DNA of 32,000 nucleotides from Sedimentisphaera cyanobacteriorum (GCF_001997385.1 NZ_CP019633.1:1800001-1832000), one strand, 5' to 3'. Positions 1 through 9,170 are shown, counted from the first letter of the stretch. Notes: generated by a model from the sequence alone, not told the origin. Numbers and translations: made by a program.

Positions 1-2
1 CT

Positions 3-3000
3 TTTGCTCATTTCAGGCAGGAAGATGATAATCAACTTCCGACATTGAAAGTTATTGGCTGGGATGGACAGGATACTCCGCTTCATCTTGACCGCTGCCA
101 AAATGAATTGGGCCACCTAAGATTTGATCCTGACACCGATGCCGAAACATGGCGAACAAACTGGTCGACGGCGTTCACAACTACACACAGACATACTATC
201 AGCACTTCTAAGAAGTTGGCACAGGAACTTGCCGAATTGGCGAAAATAGTGCGAGTGAACGCAGAACACATCCTCAAATATGAAACCGAGGGCGGGCGAT
301 TCAAAAAAGCAATGGCAAAATTCAAAACCGCCCTGATTCACGATCTGACCGAAGAAGATTTTGCCGATATGTACGCTCAGACCATCGCTTACGGCCTGCT
401 TTATACCGCTATCCGCAGTCACGTCTCCGGCGAAGCGAACGCGGTTTCCACTGAACGCGTCCAGCAGCTTGTCCTGCCAACTAATCCATTTCTAAAAGAA
501 GTGATGGAGGGCTTTTTCAATATCGGTGCTCGTAAATGGGATTCTGAAAAGGAGATGATAACCGGCATTGAGTTTGATGAACTGGGTATCAATGAAATCA
601 TCAGCACCTTAAAGGACGAGAGAACAGATTTCGATGCTATCCTGCGGGACTTCGGCAACAAAAACCCAAACGAAGACCCCGTTATTCACTTCTATGAGCT
701 TTTTCTCAAAGAATACGATGCCCTTAAGCGAAAATCCAGAGGTGTCTATTATACCCCTCAGCCGGTTGTATCTTTTATTGTCAGAAGTGTTGACCAAGTC
801 TTAAAACGTGATTTTAAACTGCCGCTCGGCCTTGCCGATACTACAACCTGGGGACAGATGCACAAAAATAATCCTGATATTAAGATTCCTGACGGGGTAA
901 GTGAGGATGATTTCTTCGTGCAGATTCTCGACCCTGCTTTAGGGACCGGTACTTTCCTTGTCGAGACAATAGATTTAATTCACAAGACAATGATCGAAAC
1001 CTGGCAAGACAAGGGTAAAAATGAAGAAGAAATCAAACAGCTATGGAATCAATATGTACCGGATTGCCTGCTGCCGCGTCTTTACGGTTTTGAACTTATG
1101 ATGGCTCCGTATGCCATTGCCCATATGAAAATCGGAATCAAACTCTTTGAAACCGGCTATCAGAATTTTCAGCAGGATAACCAACGCGTCCGTGTTTATC
1201 TTACCAATACGCTCGAAGAACCTGTCGATACCACCGAATATCTTGCCACCCTTGACCCTGCTATGGCTGAAGAAACCCGTCAGGCAAATGAAGTTAAAAA
1301 GAAAGACTCAATCACGGTAGTTATTGGAAACCCCCCATACTCCGGTTTATCGTTTAATATGAATTCGTGGATAGACGGTTTACTAAAGGGTCAAATCCCT
1401 AACGGTCCCAAAGTTCGCAGTTATTATGAAGTTGATGGTCAGCCTTTGGGCGAAAGAAAACTTTGGCTTCAGGATGATTATGTTAAATTCATTCGTTATA
1501 GCCAATTTCGTTTAGATAATACTGGCATTGGAGTTATGGGCCTGATTACCAACCACGCCTATCTTGATAATCCAACATTTAGAGGTATGAGACAGGCATT
1601 GCTGGAAAGTTTTGACATTCTGAATTTCGTAGATTTACACGGTAACGCCAAGAAAACAGAAGTGCCTCCAGAAGGTTTAGCTAATGAAAATGTCTTTGAT
1701 ATTCAACAGGGTGTAGGTGTTTGCCTACTAAGAAATACTCAAAAAACAGATCAATCACACGTTTCTTATGCAAGCTTTTGGGGAAGCCGTGAAAACAAAT
1801 ACACCCTTTCTCTGAAGAATACAACTTATACCGTAGATTGTGATAGGCTATCACCTAATTCTCCATACTATTTCTTTGTTCCCAGAGATGAAGACAATCG
1901 TGATGAATATGAAAATTGCTATAAGATTAACGATATTATGGCAGTTAATGTTACCGGAATTGTTACCGCAAGAGATGAGTTTGTAATCGATTTTGACAGC
2001 AAGATATTATTAAAGAGAATTGACGAATTTCGCAGTAAAGAACTCAGTGACGATGAAATACGCAAGAAATACTTTACAAGTAAAGGTTCATCAAAATATT
2101 TGGCGGGAGATACGCGAAGCTGGAAAATTGCTGATGTTCGAAAAAAAGTGACCGCCGACAATGACTGGAACAGAAGAGTAAAAAGAATACTTTATCGACC
2201 TTTTGATATGCGAGAAATATATTATGTTGACTGGATGGTCGATTGGCCTCGTCCTGAAGTTATGCACCATATGCTTGCTGGGGAAAATCTGGGATTGATA
2301 ACTGTAAGGCAAGTCGCGGAGGGGATATTTAACCATGCTTTTGTGTCCCGCAATATTATTGAAAGTAGAATCACCATAAGTAATAAAGGTATTGGTTTTC
2401 TACTCCCTCTTTATCTTTATCCTGTTGAGGGTGAGTTGAATTTCTCCAAAGGTGATTGGCCGGCAGGCAAAGAGGGTAGGACGCCAAATTTAGATAAAAA
2501 GTTTGTCGATGAGTTTGCCGAGAACCTTGGTCTTGGATTTGTCTCTGACGGCAAAGGTGATATTAAAAAGACTTTCGGCCCGGAAGACATTTTCAGTTAT
2601 ATTTACGCGATTTTCCACAGCCCCACTTATCGCAGCAGATATGCCGAATTTCTCAAAATTGATTTCCCACGTGTACCGATTACCGCAGATACTGATATGT
2701 TCAGGCAGCTTGTCGGGCTTGGCGGAGAACTGACAGCCTTGCATCTTATGGAATCAGACAAACTCAATAACCATATAACCACATTCCCCGTTTCCGGTAA
2801 TAACGCTGTATCCAAAGTCGGCGAAACTAAAAAGAAGCTCAAAGATGTCAAGGACGGTAAAGGCAAACTGTTCATCAATACAACACAATATTTTGATGGA
2901 TTGCCGGAGGCAGTCTGGAACTTCCACATCGGAGGCTATCAGGTATGCTACAAATGGCTATACGACCGCAAAAAAGCAGGCAGAAAATTATCTGCTGAAG

Positions 3001-3107
3001 ATATAGAGCATTATCATAGAATCGTTGTAGCATTAGGTGAAACCATAAAAATCATGAAACAGATTGATGAGGTAATCGACGCCCACGGTGGTTGGCCGAT
3101 AAAATAA
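3..3107 (+). CDS. Type ISP/IIG-like restriction-modification enzyme, C-terminal part (helical coupler, gamma-class N6-adenine DNA methyltransferase, C-terminal target-recognition domain); 5' end lies outside the window
   Basis: The frame is open from the first bases of the window, with no stop before the TTG at 45 used by the ORF track, so the gene is cut by the window edge. SAM motif I 'ILDPALGTGTFL' precedes catalytic motif IV 'GNPPYSG' (nt ~1323-1343), which is gamma-class order. 'GVYYTPQPVVSFIV' lies upstream of motif I. The C-terminal ~450 aa carry 'ILYRPFDMREIYY', 'DFPRVP' and 'IGGYQVCYKWLYDRK', which I recall as typical of the C-terminal specificity domain of LlaGI/LlaBIII-type (type ISP) and YeeA-like enzymes. 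Confidence 0.8.
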   Translation, partial: FAHFRQEDDNQLPTLKVIGWDGQDTPLHLDRCQNELGHLRFDPDTDAETWRTNWSTAFTTTHRHTISTSKKLAQELAELAKIVRVNAEHILKYETEGGRFKKAMAKFKTALIHDLTEEDFADMYAQTIAYGLLYTAIRSHVSGEANAVSTERVQQLVLPTNPFLKEVMEGFFNIGARKWDSEKEMITGIEFDELGINEIISTLKDERTDFDAILRDFGNKNPNEDPVIHFYELFLKEYDALKRKSRGVYYTPQPVVSFIVRSVDQVLKRDFKLPLGLADTTTWGQMHKNNPDIKIPDGVSEDDFFVQILDPALGTGTFLVETIDLIHKTMIETWQDKGKNEEEIKQLWNQYVPDCLLPRLYGFELMMAPYAIAHMKIGIKLFETGYQNFQQDNQRVRVYLTNTLEEPVDTTEYLATLDPAMAEETRQANEVKKKDSITVVIGNPPYSGLSFNMNSWIDGLLKGQIPNGPKVRSYYEVDGQPLGERKLWLQDDYVKFIRYSQFRLDNTGIGVMGLITNHAYLDNPTFRGMRQALLESFDILNFVDLHGNAKKTEVPPEGLANENVFDIQQGVGVCLLRNTQKTDQSHVSYASFWGSRENKYTLSLKNTTYTVDCDRLSPNSPYYFFVPRDEDNRDEYENCYKINDIMAVNVTGIVTARDEFVIDFDSKILLKRIDEFRSKELSDDEIRKKYFTSKGSSKYLAGDTRSWKIADVRKKVTADNDWNRRVKRILYRPFDMREIYYVDWMVDWPRPEVMHHMLAGENLGLITVRQVAEGIFNHAFVSRNIIESRITISNKGIGFLLPLYLYPVEGELNFSKGDWPAGKEGRTPNLDKKFVDEFAENLGLGFVSDGKGDIKKTFGPEDIFSYIYAIFHSPTYRSRYAEFLKIDFPRVPITADTDMFRQLVGLGGELTALHLMESDKLNNHITTFPVSGNNAVSKVGETKKKLKDVKDGKGKLFINTTQYFDGLPEAVWNFHIGGYQVCYKWLYDRKKAGRKLSAEDIEHYHRIVVALGETIKIMKQIDEVIDAHGGWPIK

Positions 3108-3159
3108 TAAGGCGATAGTCTACGAGAATAAAGCAGAGCAGAACCATGCAAGGAAAACG

Positions 3160-3552
3160 ATGAAAAGAAAAGCACGTAAATCATCCGGCAAACAGAAGGT
3201 CTCGGCGATGCTGTTAAAAGTTGCTGCCGGATATATCGATCTGGGAAAGACAAAAGAGCAAAGGGAAAACTATCTTCGCTCTGCCTGTTCGGCGTGGAAC
3301 ATTGCCTGTCTGCCGCGCCCAAAGAGGGAGCCTGCCATCCGGCAGTATCTAAAGCAATTCCAAACGATCAACCAGGCCGATGAATCCGATTGCCGAGGCT
3401 TCGAAGAAGACCTCAGAAAGCTGATAGAGCAGAAAGACAAATTGTATCCGAACGTTGATATTCCGATTATTGGTTCACAAATCAAAATAACTGACGGTCG
3501 CGAACAATACATTGTAATCTCGGCACGGACTAAAAAAATACCGGCGGAATAA
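3160..3552 (+). CDS. Hypothetical protein, 130 aa, basic N-terminus; no recognisable domain
   Basis: ATG ORF 53 nt downstream of the R-M gene on the same strand, with a purine-rich stretch (aaggaaaacg) before the ATG. The sequence looks protein-like but I recognise no motif. Confidence 0.5.
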   Translation: MKRKARKSSGKQKVSAMLLKVAAGYIDLGKTKEQRENYLRSACSAWNIACLPRPKREPAIRQYLKQFQTINQADESDCRGFEEDLRKLIEQKDKLYPNVDIPIIGSQIKITDGREQYIVISARTKKIPAE

Positions 3553-3802
3553 TCTGTGTGCCAAATTGAGGATTTGAACAAATAGCACAAGAAACCAAAA
3601 CATACAGAGATGGAGTATTATGAAAACCAAACAAAAACAAACATTTAGAGCAAAACTTGAAGAGACTTTAGCGGTTAAAACATAAATTACTTTCAAAGAG
3701 GGCTGATTATGAGCCGGAATTATTCACCGAAAACATTTTTAAGGCAAACACCTAATCATATGCTCAAAGAGTATTTCAGCGGCAAAGAGCTGCTCGGCGA
3801 TA

Positions 3803-5770
3803 TTGGTCAAAAACAGGATTTGTATGCAGGAAACAGGGAAGTTTGAACAATTATATAAGGTACTTGATAAATGGCTTAGCTTGTTTGACTCTTTTGAGCA
3901 AGATATGCACTGCTGGCTTGAGGCGTTAGAAGACGAGGAAGGACGAGCGGAAAAAGCAGCACACCTTCAAGAAGAAATTTACAGCATAAATCACACTCTC
4001 AAGGATTCAGCCGATTTGTTTGAAGATTGTATTTTTGCCTTAGAATATAATAATCATAGAACATCTTCCGAAACCCTGAATCAACAATTCTCCAACATAC
4101 TTAATTTACTCGAAATTCTTGAAGACAGGGCAGAAGGATTTTTCAACGAGAATCCTTACGAAAATCCAGCAAGAAAGCTCCAGAAAGATGATTGTTTATC
4201 CGGCGGGGATTATTTCAATTACAATGACAAGTTAGATTGTCTAAAGCAGACAGGGCCTTTTGCCTATTCGTCCGCAATAAGCGGCAATGTTTGTAAGATG
4301 ATGGAAACGCTAAGACGGCTGTTTGGCAATCTGACCGAAGAAGTATCTTTGTTAGGTAGAGCATTCGACGAAATTATTAAAATAGAAATGTATCTTCACT
4401 TGATACTTACGCAAAGTCTTAATCGTAAAACTGGAATTATTGATTTGCGGTCTATATCCGAATCTTCTGTATATTTACTATGTCTGGTTTATGACCTGCA
4501 TAGAGAAAAGAAGATTTCTGCTCCATATACAGATAACTTGGGTTATCGAATACGGGAACACTTTAGCTTAGATGATAATATGGTGTCTAAGCTATACGAG
4601 ATACATAAATCAGAAAGGCCAGCAATAAATTACGAAGCTTCAAATTTCTGGGCCAGTATATTAAAAAAAGATTTCTCTGATGCTGAACAGATTATGGATA
4701 CGATAACAATATGTCTTAAAAATAAATCTTGGGAACACAATATTGACAAAAATAAATTAGAAGAATTTGCCCGAACAACACGTTTTAAAATAGCAAAAAT
4801 GGCTCGTTTATTAGAAAGATATTTAGATGATTATGTTTCTGAAAAACATCCTAATTTATGGCGAAACGTAATTCTCTACAGATTGAAAAATATTCGTAAT
4901 ATTATTGTATATTTTGCGTGGGCAACTGGGCCTTATATACTGTCTAAAGGCAAAGATTGGGCAGTTGGAATAGAAAACGATACAGAAAATTCTTTGGGCT
5001 TCCTGTCTGTTAGATTTTTTTCAATTGCTAATGGTGTAGAGGGCGAATTTGTTCCTGAACATAAACAGGCTGAAAGAATATCATGGGTGGTTAATCCTAT
5101 AGATTTAAGTACAAGCATTGAAGTGTATAGCAGGAAGAAATTTCTTTATGAGAAAAAACTTTTTGAAACGTGGTTAAGTGAATCAGGGCAATATTACAAT
5201 CATCCAGAAATTGACAAAAAGGCATATTGGAGAATTGATATTAAAAGAGCAATATTGCTGGAAGAAGAATCACACATTGCCCAGTGGGCTATAGAAAAAC
5301 TAAAACATAACAAAGAATCTGAAAGACTTGCAAACGAATCAGAAAGATTGTTGAGAAATGGGAATCTAAAATGGCAGCCCTGTAATTTGGAATGGGGCTA
5401 TGTGAATAAGCTGGACAAGTTGATTGCAGCTCTTCAAAATGGCTCTTTGGACAATCTTGAACAGAATCAACTAACAACCGAGCAAGAACAAAATAATCAA
5501 CCGGTAAACGCAGAAAATAAAATAAAAAAAGAGCAGGTTGGTTTAAAAACCGTACATAAAAGTTTGATAAAAGCCTTTTCCGAAATCCTGAATGCCGAAA
5601 ATATTTCTGAAATAACCCGTGATGCCGTGGTACGAAAAACAAGTTATTCGGTCGGTTCAGGTAATGTAAATAGTGCATATAAAGAATTGAAAGATTGGGG
5701 TATTATTAAACACGACGGCCAAGAATTTACCGCTGCTTATCAACATTACAAAAATAATCCGCCCAGTTAG
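3803..5770 (+). CDS. Hypothetical 655-aa protein, mostly helical, with a Q/N/E-rich linker and a C-terminal winged-helix-like segment; start uncertain (TTG 3803, ATG 3824, or ATG 3709 via a frameshift)
   Basis: Long uninterrupted ORF in AT-rich DNA. The C-terminal 'ISEITRDAVVRKTSYSVGSGNVNSAYKELKDWGIIKHDG' resembles a wHTH recognition helix plus wing. I see no catalytic motif (no Walker, nuclease, or methylase signature). Confidence 0.6.
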   Translation: MVKNRICMQETGKFEQLYKVLDKWLSLFDSFEQDMHCWLEALEDEEGRAEKAAHLQEEIYSINHTLKDSADLFEDCIFALEYNNHRTSSETLNQQFSNILNLLEILEDRAEGFFNENPYENPARKLQKDDCLSGGDYFNYNDKLDCLKQTGPFAYSSAISGNVCKMMETLRRLFGNLTEEVSLLGRAFDEIIKIEMYLHLILTQSLNRKTGIIDLRSISESSVYLLCLVYDLHREKKISAPYTDNLGYRIREHFSLDDNMVSKLYEIHKSERPAINYEASNFWASILKKDFSDAEQIMDTITICLKNKSWEHNIDKNKLEEFARTTRFKIAKMARLLERYLDDYVSEKHPNLWRNVILYRLKNIRNIIVYFAWATGPYILSKGKDWAVGIENDTENSLGFLSVRFFSIANGVEGEFVPEHKQAERISWVVNPIDLSTSIEVYSRKKFLYEKKLFETWLSESGQYYNHPEIDKKAYWRIDIKRAILLEEESHIAQWAIEKLKHNKESERLANESERLLRNGNLKWQPCNLEWGYVNKLDKLIAALQNGSLDNLEQNQLTTEQEQNNQPVNAENKIKKEQVGLKTVHKSLIKAFSEILNAENISEITRDAVVRKTSYSVGSGNVNSAYKELKDWGIIKHDGQEFTAAYQHYKNNPPS

Positions 5771-5916
5771 CTTGACATATCTTATTTTTCTATAAAAAGT
5801 TATGCCGTCCCAAGAAAGTCCGGACATAGTTTGGACTGACAATTTTTACTCTGTGTCTTAATTTAGTCTCCATAGTTATTGAATTTCGTTTTTATTAACT
5901 TTTTGGAGACAAACAA

Positions 5917-6150
5917 ATGAAGACGCAAGAAATAGGACAAAAATTACTCACGGCCAAAGCAGTTAGCGAAATGCTGTCCTTGTCAAAAAGACAAATCTTT
6001 CGCCTCAACTGCTGCGGAAAAATGCCAGCGCCGATACGTATCGGCGGTTCGGTTCGCTGGGCAAACTCGACAATCCAAAGCTGGATAGATATGGGCTGTC
6101 CCGACCGGCAGACGTTTGAAGCAATGCAGCAGACAGGGGGTGAAAAATGA
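5917..6150 (+). CDS. AlpA/excisionase-type helix-turn-helix DNA-binding protein (77 aa)
   Basis: 'LLTAKAVSEMLSLSKRQIFRLNCCGKMPAPIRIGGSVRWANSTIQSWI' matches the HTH_17/AlpA pattern (HTH followed by 'P.P.R.G..vRW....i..W'). Its stop overlaps the next start (ATGA at 6147-6150). Confidence 0.75.
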   Translation: MKTQEIGQKLLTAKAVSEMLSLSKRQIFRLNCCGKMPAPIRIGGSVRWANSTIQSWIDMGCPDRQTFEAMQQTGGEK

Positions 6151-6530
6151 AAGCGGAAAGAAAGAAGGCGACTGCTGATACAGCCGCCCCGAAAAAAATC
6201 ATACGACAAAACGAATCATACTCACAAGGTCAAAACCAGTCAACAGAAAATCATCGCACAGAGAGTATCCGCAAACACAGAGCCGATATTCCCAAAATCC
6301 ACCGCAAGACCTACGACAGGGCTATGCAGGGCAGAAGCCTTAAATCAGCGATTAAGTCGTTCTGTCTTGAGTGTGTATGCTGGCAGAAAGAGGAAGTCCG
6401 GCTCTGCACGTCTTTAGCCTGTCCTTTGTATCCTTACAGACCTTACAGAATCTCTAAACAGGCCGCTAAGGGCGTTAGTTTCGGCGCAGAATCGAAAAAC
6501 TCCGACAAGGGGGATAATTATGCCGGATAG
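6147..6530 (+). CDS. Small Cys4 protein of mobile elements (127 aa); hydrophilic N-terminal half, C-terminal 'CLEC...C....CPLYPYRP' motif
   Basis: 'AIKSFCLECVCWQKEEVRLCTSLACPLYPYRPYR' is a motif I recall from uncharacterised prophage/ICE proteins. The gene is translationally coupled on both sides, overlapping the next ORF by 11 nt. Confidence 0.55.
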   Translation: MKAERKKATADTAAPKKIIRQNESYSQGQNQSTENHRTESIRKHRADIPKIHRKTYDRAMQGRSLKSAIKSFCLECVCWQKEEVRLCTSLACPLYPYRPYRISKQAAKGVSFGAESKNSDKGDNYAG

Positions 6531-7371
6531 AGAGAAAATGCAACGTGTAAGCAGAAAAACCCCCTGCCCTATATGCGGTAAACCGGACTGGTGCTTAATT
6601 GCGCCGGATAAAACAGCGGTGATATGCCAAAGGGTTCAGGAAGGCTCGGTTAAGCGATGCGGGGATGCAGGCTGGCTGCATATACTGATTGAAAGAGGCT
6701 CAAACTATAAAAGGCCGAATAAATACAGTAGTAGAATCTCTATTGATTTCGGCAAAGAAAAAGACTTCAGCAGTCTTGCAGGACTGTATAAACAACAGCT
6801 CACCAAAGAAAAACTGCAACAGCTAACAAAGCAGTTAAAGATTTCAACAGAGAGCTTAACAAAACTTAACATCGGCTGGGATGGCAAAGCCTATACGTTT
6901 CCTATGTCGAACGCTAAAGGCAGGATAATCGGTATCAGGCGAAGGTTTCCGAACGGTTCTAAAGCGTCCCTAAATGGCAGTAAAACGGGCTTATTTATTC
7001 CCGATGACTTATTGTGTGGCGGTCTTTGTCTGGTTTGTGAGGGAACAACAGATACGGCAGCGGCTCTTGATTTGGGCTTTAATGCTATAGGCAGGCCGAA
7101 TTGTAATTCTCTAATCAAAATGACGGCTTCAGCGGTTAAGGACTATGAGGAAATTGTCATCGTGGCGGATAACGACACAGCAGGTAAAACCGGCGCTGAA
7201 AAATTAGCTGATTACTTGGCTGTCCGCTGTCAGAAGGTAAAAGTTATCTATCCGCCGGAAGGGATAAAAGACCTGCGCCAATGGCTCGGCAAAGGACTTA
7301 CGCAAACTATCCTAAAACAGATTATCGAAAAGACTAAAACCACTACGGTTCAGATAAAAGCAAAGGAATAG
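6520..7371 (+). CDS. Zinc-finger + Toprim domain protein (primase-like), 283 aa
   Basis: N-terminal 'CPICGKPDWCLIAPDKTAVICQR' is a Cys-rich zinc-binding motif. C-terminal 'VCEGTTDTAAALDLGFNAIG' (Toprim Glu) and 'IVIVADNDTAGKTGAEKLADYL' (DxD) form the DnaG-type Toprim signature. Confidence 0.7.
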   Translation: MPDREKMQRVSRKTPCPICGKPDWCLIAPDKTAVICQRVQEGSVKRCGDAGWLHILIERGSNYKRPNKYSSRISIDFGKEKDFSSLAGLYKQQLTKEKLQQLTKQLKISTESLTKLNIGWDGKAYTFPMSNAKGRIIGIRRRFPNGSKASLNGSKTGLFIPDDLLCGGLCLVCEGTTDTAAALDLGFNAIGRPNCNSLIKMTASAVKDYEEIVIVADNDTAGKTGAEKLADYLAVRCQKVKVIYPPEGIKDLRQWLGKGLTQTILKQIIEKTKTTTVQIKAKE

Positions 7372-7377
7372 GAAAAT

Positions 7378-8868
7378 ATGAATGAAATTAGAATAGATTT
7401 TCAACCCGATAAGCCGTTCGGTACAAAGGGAACGCTTATCATTTATGAAAGCGATGGTAATCCGCTGTTTTCAAATACTCTTGATATTGCGAATAGTAAA
7501 AAACGGAACGATTGTGTCAAAGAGGTATCAGAAAAATATCAGGGAATAGAATCAGAGCCGTTAGAAAAGGTGATATTGCAAAAAGTTGCTGATATAGCCA
7601 GAGACAGACAAAAAGCAAAAGATACCGCTGATAACAAATCGGAAAAAGATTATTTGAAGGATACACCGCCGGAAGTCAAACAGGCCGCCCTTGATATGCT
7701 AAAAAGTGAAAAGCTGTTTGAGCAAATCAGCAGTGATATTGAAGCGATAGGCATAGCGGGCGAACAAGAGCTTTCTTTGACGGTTTATATTATTATGACA
7801 TCGAGACTGCTCGATAAGCCGCTTTCGGCTATTGTTCAGGGGGCTTCAGCCAGCGGAAAATCCTATATTATTGAGACGGTTTCAAAACTTATGCCGCCGG
7901 AAGCGGTTGTACAGGCGCACGATTTTTCAGACCAAGCTCTTTACTATCTGCCAAGCGGCTCATTGGTTCACAAAATTATTATATCCGGCGAAAGAGTAAA
8001 CGAACACCGTAGCAAAGACGGCTATGCCGAAGATAATACAAAGGCGTTTCGGGAAATGGTTGCAAGCGGTGAATTGAAAAAGGCCGTTACAGTTAAAGGC
8101 AATGACGGTAAGCCTAAGACGGTGATAATTTATCAGGCTGGGCCGGTTGCTTATCTCGAAAGCACAACAGCAGCCAATATTCACGATGAAGATGCTACAA
8201 GGTTATTGCCCCTTGCTACCGATGAATCCACAGGCCAGACCCAAAAAGTAATAGAGGCTCAGAGGAAAGCAGCTAAGGGACATATAACAAGCGAGGATAT
8301 GAAGCAAGGTGTAATCCAGCGGCACAATACTTTACAGCGGTTATTGAAGCCTATAGAGGTTAGAATCCCTTATATTAACAGTATATCATTGCCGGATACC
8401 AACATTGCCACCAGACGAACATATCAGCAATTCATATACGCTATTAACTCCATTGCATTTTTAAGGCAATATCAAAAGACTGTTAAAACAGAACAACTAA
8501 ACAGGCTGGAATATATCGAAGCCGATGAAGTCGATTACTCCATTGCTTACAGACTTATGGTTAAGGTTCTTTCAAGGAAATATTCGCCTCTGAACCAGCA
8601 ATCCCGTGATTTACTCAATGTTGTAATGGAAAAAATAGGCATTGAGCAAGAGTTTAACCATAAAGATTGTGAGCAGTGGTGCGGAATAAGCAATACCACC
8701 GTAAGACGAAGGCTTTGGCCGTTGGAGTCGGCAGGAATTATAACGGTCAATAAAGAAAATAAGCCATACCGCTGTAAGGTCGAACATCCTGAATTAGCTG
8801 ATGTGGCGGATTTGTCTTTGCCTTTGCCGGAAGATATTGCCGAGAGAATTGCGATTATATCAGAATAG
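7378..8868 (+). CDS. P-loop NTPase, probable replication initiator/helicase (SF3-like) with C-terminal winged-helix, 496 aa
   Basis: Walker A 'GASASGKS'. Walker B-like 'HKIIISGER'. C-terminal 'WCGISNTTVRRRLWPLESAGIITV' is wHTH-like. It sits directly after the Toprim gene and directly before an iteron-like array. Confidence 0.6.
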   Translation: MNEIRIDFQPDKPFGTKGTLIIYESDGNPLFSNTLDIANSKKRNDCVKEVSEKYQGIESEPLEKVILQKVADIARDRQKAKDTADNKSEKDYLKDTPPEVKQAALDMLKSEKLFEQISSDIEAIGIAGEQELSLTVYIIMTSRLLDKPLSAIVQGASASGKSYIIETVSKLMPPEAVVQAHDFSDQALYYLPSGSLVHKIIISGERVNEHRSKDGYAEDNTKAFREMVASGELKKAVTVKGNDGKPKTVIIYQAGPVAYLESTTAANIHDEDATRLLPLATDESTGQTQKVIEAQRKAAKGHITSEDMKQGVIQRHNTLQRLLKPIEVRIPYINSISLPDTNIATRRTYQQFIYAINSIAFLRQYQKTVKTEQLNRLEYIEADEVDYSIAYRLMVKVLSRKYSPLNQQSRDLLNVVMEKIGIEQEFNHKDCEQWCGISNTTVRRRLWPLESAGIITVNKENKPYRCKVEHPELADVADLSLPLPEDIAERIAIISE

Positions 8869-8922
8869 TTTTTGGAGATTTTTGGCGAATGTATATTAAC
8901 TGTTTATCAGTAAAAGGGTTAT

Positions 8923-9099
8923 ATCCGCCACTTGCGAATGGCGGGCTATGGCGGACGTGGTGCTTATTTCTATTTAGCGGTATCCGCCACTATCCGCCAA
9001 AGCACTATGGCGGAGCTAACTATATCGCCAGAAAAGACTTAACTAACATCCGCCATTTAACTGCGAAAAGAGAAAGCGGTATTATTCTTTATGGCGGAT
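8923..9099. repeat. Iteron-like array: 7 perfect plus 2 degenerate copies of the core TCCGCCA/TGGCGGA (mostly as TAT-CCGCC-A or TAT-GGCGG-A) in both orientations, followed by an A-rich tract
   Basis: ATCCGCCA occurs at 8923-8930, 8982-8989, 8992-8999 (tandem TATCCGCCAC/TATCCGCCAA) and 9048-9055. TGGCGGA occurs at 8949-8955, 9008-9014 and 9092-9098. Degenerate copies are TGGCGGG at 8939-8945 and ATCGCCA at 9024-9030. An A-rich tract spans ~9104-9130. Confidence 0.75.
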
Positions 9100-9134
9100 T
9101 GCAGAAAAAAATTTCAGAAAAAACAAAAAACCGC

Positions 9135-9163
9135 TTGACTATCTATACGATATACCGTATATT
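9135..9163 (+). promoter_or_regulatory. Sigma70-like promoter (TTGACT - 17 nt - TATATT) with an embedded inverted repeat, driving a probably leaderless HTH gene
   Basis: TTGACT lies at 9135-9140 and TATATT at 9158-9163, with a 17 nt spacer. The inverted repeat TATACG(9144-9149)/CGTATA(9156-9161) overlaps the spacer and -10. The ATG at 9171 is only 7 nt after the -10 hexamer. Confidence 0.5.
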
Positions 9164-9170
9164 CCAATTT

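Noticed and set aside
5772-5796. TTGACA (5772-5777) plus TATAAA (5791-5796) as the promoter of the alpA-primase operon.
   Set aside because: The spacer is only 13 nt, too short for a sigma70-type promoter, and no better -10 lies at 16-18 nt.
8923-9099. Could the repeat cluster be a small CRISPR array?
   Set aside because: The repeats are only 7-9 bp, occur in both orientations with irregular 2-50 bp spacing, and there are no cas genes. The pattern is inconsistent with CRISPR architecture.
8889-9170. The first 94 codons of the 158-aa track ORF (MYINCLSVKGLYPPLANGG…).
   Set aside because: This stretch is the translation of the TCCGCCA repeat array, the A-rich tract and the promoter. The peptide is repeat-driven (YPP/GG runs), and the real gene is the HTH protein from Met95 (9171).
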